Assembly (NCBI GenBank): GCA_036172245.1
Contig: JAYWIR010000086.1
Location: 248,001-300,352, forward strand
DNA: 52,352 nucleotides
Direction of reading: 5' to 3'
DNA from: Raillietiella orientalis
Lineage: Eukaryota
Shown piece after piece: positions 49,101 to 52,352 of the stretch (its first letter is position 1; each line of letters starts with the position of its first letter). Under the pieces are notes generated by a model that saw only the letters and a list, made by a program, of their open reading frames with translations, did not search any database and had not been told where the DNA came from. Position numbers and translations under genes: made by a program.

Positions 49101-49985
49101 GTCCTGCTCTGGTGTTACCTGCACTGGAGAGAAGTCTAAAAGATCTGCAGTTGGATTACGTGGATCTGTATCTGATGCATTGGCCCATGGCTTTCAAGGA
49201 ATGTTAAGGAAATGGCGAACACCAAGCTGATTTCCAGTTTGTTCCTTAGGAAGGAGACGAGCTGTTCCCCAAAGACGCTTCTGGCAAACTCTTATACGGT
49301 GACGTTGATTATGTGGATACGTGGACTGCCATGGAAGAGTGTGTTGGCAAAGGATTGGTGCGCTCTCTTGGAGTGTCGAATTTTAACAGCCAGCAGATGA
49401 AGCGAATTCTGGATGTGTGCACTATTCGACCTGTGGTGAATCAGGTGTGCTGCAGGACGTCGTAGTGTGAGATGGAACTCGTGTGTTTCAGGTGGAATGT
49501 CATCCATACCTGAACCAGAGCGAATTGCATGAATATTGCGAATCTGAAAACATTGTGTTGACGGCCTACAGTCCACTGGGATCAAGAGATCGACCTTGGT
49601 CTTCGGATGATGATGCTAGTCTTTTTGACGATGAGTGCATTCGGTCCATTGCACAGAAACATAAGAAAACGGTCGCGCAGATCCTGATACGATTTCAGGT
49701 AAATGGAAGAACGTGGTTGGAAAGCCCGTTGCGGATGCAATGTAGATCGAGCGTGGCATTGCGGTCATCCCCAAGTCTGCGAACAAAGGTCGTATCGAGG
49801 AAAACATTGACGTTTTTGATTTTGAGCTGGACAATGAAGACATGAGCCGACTTCTCGCCTTAAATAAACAGAAGCGATACATTTCTTTGGCATGGTAGGG
49901 AATGACGTGACTTGTAAAGATGCTTGCAAGTTGATCCTGCAGGACTGTGGATCATCCGTATTATCCGTTTGCTGCCGAATATTAA
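46132..49985 (+). CDS. aldo-keto reductase (AKR1/aldose reductase-like), 317 aa, paralogue B
   Basis: Exons 46132-46206, 48914-49198, 49250-49444, 49492-49698, 49746-49894, 49943-49985; five of six exon lengths identical to paralogue A; tetrad intact; intron 2 begins GA; AATAAA at 49997 and 50031. Confidence 0.92.
46330..46700 (+). pseudogene. H2A: histone H2A relic in AKR-B intron 1
   Basis: [12 protein letters not shown] ~ GLQFPVGRVHRH; RAGA ~ RVGA; mirrors the AKR-A intron relic. Confidence 0.45.
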
Positions 49986-50604
49986 AGGAAAACGAAAATA
50001 AAGATGCTTCCTTTGTTTCGATCGTTCCATAATAAATTGCTGCCGAATTTCATCAGCAGGGTGCAGTTTTTGTATTTCTTACGTCGTTGAATGCGGTATT
50101 TCACTGAGGCATTTCCTAGTTCTTCCTTCTCCATTTCGTTGACTGACTGACTAACTTGCTGGAAAGGTGTTGGGAACACCGGCAGCAGTGGAAAATCTTC
50201 TGACGGCCCGAATTGAATCACGAAAATATGGATTGTGTTTTACCAAACTTCCGTTTCGTATGTTCGAGGGAAAGTGCCTTTTGAAGGGTAGATCAGCAGC
50301 CCGTTTGCGAGCACACGTGAAAGTGAATCGGCCGAAGAACGAATGTGAGGGCGTACCCTGCAATGGAAACGGAATTTTATTGAAGAGCGACACGAAAGTA
50401 CTCGTGGAGGCAATTCTTCCGTTTGGTGGAAATGTATTTGCGCGTGATTCGTACACTCATCGTGTGTTTTTTCGTTGGTTTCATCGGTAGGCCATGCATG
50501 CGATTGAGCACACGTGCGTGGCACGGTTGCGTGCTGCAATCGAGGGGGCAGGCTGTACGATTTCTTTTTGTGGTGGCTCGTGTGGTTTGGCACTTGATGT
50601 GATG

Positions 50605-51006
50605 GTGGCTAGGGGTTAGTTGGTGGAACAGCCGTCCAGCCGCATAGGCATGTGTGAGTGCAAGGCAGGGAGCTTCTCGAGGGGAAGCTCAGCTCTCAAG
50701 GCTTCAAGTTTGACGAGGAGGAAGTCGGTTGAGGACCGGTGAGGTTGTGCACATTCTCTGCCTTCTCCACGTGAATAAAGCAGCGTCGTTGCAGCAGCAC
50801 TACTGGACGTGGATGGACATGCGGACAGAGGAGAAGTATGTATTGTAAGGTGCACTTGGCTACAAGGTATTTTCACCCAAATGTGGCATGACGCTTCGTG
50901 CAACAGATAAGCGCAGATGAAGGAAACGAGCTGTTTGCTTCATCCACTGCAGCGGGACAGTGTGCATCGCGCGATTCGATGCCTCGTAAGGAAGGGGAAA
51001 TGCCAT
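50605..51006 (-). pseudogene. H2B: histone H2B relic
   Basis: EASCHIWVKIPCSQVHLTIHTS ~ [37 protein letters not shown] ~ AGEASRLAHYNKRST; spacer motif ATTGCAGCACGC downstream near 50535. Confidence 0.65.
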
Positions 51007-51119
51007 AAATGAGCATTGGGAAAGCATGGGAAGAACATGGGAATCTCGTGGTTGTGCATGACTGCTGCGATACCGGAGAAATGTTTTGCTTGTAGTTGCA
51101 CGAGGTGACAAGCGTCCAG

Positions 51120-51480
51120 CTGTCCCGAAACTGGAAATGGCCATGAGGAGAATCGGCTGTGTATTCTGGCGGCCAGCACAGCCACTGCGATTCCGCGTCT
51201 TTGGCTGCACGGTTATGAATGCTGCGGCCATACGCTAATCGTTCACTCGGAAGAAAAGCTCGTCGACGGTTCTTCTACAGTGCAATGCGATAGAAAGCAC
51301 GCAAATGTCCGAGCACGGAGAGGAGGGAAGGGCCATCAGTTCACCACTGCAGAGGTTGAGCAGGCCCGCCCGCATGGTGACAGCCTGTGACCTCGCGTGC
51401 CAGGAATAGACGCGATGGACAAGTGGACCGTCGCCCATCCGCCGATGAGTGTGTACGGCAATGCCAATCTCTACGGCTCG
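51120..51480 (+). pseudogene. H4: histone H4 relic
   Basis: HG..AAIR ~ QG..PAIR; EQAR.MVTACD ~ [12 protein letters not shown]; LYG; stem-loop-like GGCTTCTTTATAAGAACT at 51555-51572. Confidence 0.55.
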
Positions 51481-51664
51481 TCGACTGGCCGGTTTACTCG
51501 CTCCCCCGTTGGGGTCGAGAGTAAGGTGGTAGCGTTGAGCAGTTGCACCTTTTCGGCTTCTTTATAAGAACTGTGGCTGGCTAATGATGAAGGCGGTGCC
51601 CTTGCAAGTGGACGGCCATTAGGAGATGCGTCTTCCCTTTACCAAGGTAGCCATCTACCCAGGA

Positions 51665-51988
51665 GACAAACTGGCCGCCGAGTGCACCCTGCAGCGACTG
51701 CTCGTGAGCGCCGAGTTGAACCCGCATGGCGGGTGCATGCCAGAGGATCTGGTGTGTCGTCGCTGAATCGCATTGCAGGGCCAGTTTTCGGAAATTGGGC
51801 TGCAATTCGATTGCCTGTAAGATCAGGCACCAGCAGAAGAGACAGGAAGACGGACCGTCGAGTTGAGCATCGGATTTCACGGAGCCTTGATGTTGCTTCC
51901 TTACCTCATTGGAGGGTGCTGGAAGGCAAGTCTGCATGTTCGTCCTTGCCCAACAGCGGACAGGGCTCGCTTGCCGTGTGCCGCACAT
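51665..51988 (-). pseudogene. H3: histone H3 relic
   Basis: MCGTRQ ~ MARTKQ; PAPSNEVRKQH ~ PATGGVKKPH; LREIR; EIA.QF.KT.LQ ~ EIAQDFKTDLR; AMRV ~ AKRV. Confidence 0.65.
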
Positions 51989-52120
51989 TTTTGCTTTCTT
52001 TCACGCTTTTTCTTTTTGTTTGTTCCTCCGCTTCCGAGGCGAACGTGGCCGGCGTGCGTGCCGTTGACTGGCCAGGCTGCGAGCGTTTGCGGACGATGTA
52101 GGGCCGACGGCCGTACCCAT

Positions 52121-52352
52121 CGTTGTTTGTTATTTTTTATAGTGAACGTCCGGGCGTGCCGTCCACCAGCGCGCTCGTCCAGGAGATTGGCCTGCAATGC
52201 CGCGGGGGGACAACCAGCCGATGAGGAAACTTTCCATCAGCTGTCGCCTGCTTCGTGGGTGGACTGCCAAGCCGCACGGACGGCTCGCGTTCCGAGTGGA
52301 CGTTTGGTTCGCTTTCGCTGACCAACTGCAAGCCCGACAGAGATCGGAATGC
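52121..52352 (-). repeat. inverted near-identical copy of 43017-43248, running off the window end
   Basis: Direct sequence comparison; identical ORF-track translations; weaker similarity continues to about 51940. Confidence 0.95.

Noticed and set aside
51216..51270. 5S rRNA-like words (GCGGCCATAC, CTCGGAAG)
   Set aside because: Spacing is too short, no box C, and the region aligns to H4 on both sides
43017..52352. Pack-MULE-like element with TIRs capturing AKR-B
   Set aside because: The inverted repeats are internal parts of two inverted histone units; no termini or TSD visible
1..52352. CRISPR arrays, tRNA, rRNA or prokaryotic operons
   Set aside because: None recognisable; genes are spliceosomal and eukaryotic

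Overview
Eukaryotic, probably protostome invertebrate DNA with short introns (39-53 nt class). Intact genes: an IR25a-like ionotropic co-receptor (- strand, 17 coding exons, 4534-12587), two divergently oriented aldo-keto reductase paralogues with matching 6-exon structure (17776-20105 -, 46132-49985 +), and a small spliced 78-aa gene with a tandem partial copy (40.46-41.58 kb, -). There are four pieces of an L1/Tx1-type non-LTR retrotransposon family, one with a perfect 17-bp TSD. Main unexpected observation: most intergenic DNA and much intronic DNA reads as heavily decayed replication-type histone genes. I find about 47 H1/H2A/H2B/H3/H4 relics, almost always in the order H2A> <H1 H3> <H4 H2B>, in blocks of both orientations. 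This order continues across exons of the IR25a-like and AKR genes. All four Tx1-like pieces lie next to an H4 and/or H2B relic start with the same polarity. Histone relic calls are manual frameshift-tolerant alignments from memory of histone sequences. Their boundaries are approximate (about +/-50 nt), and the weaker ones rely partly on the recurring order, so they need computational confirmation.
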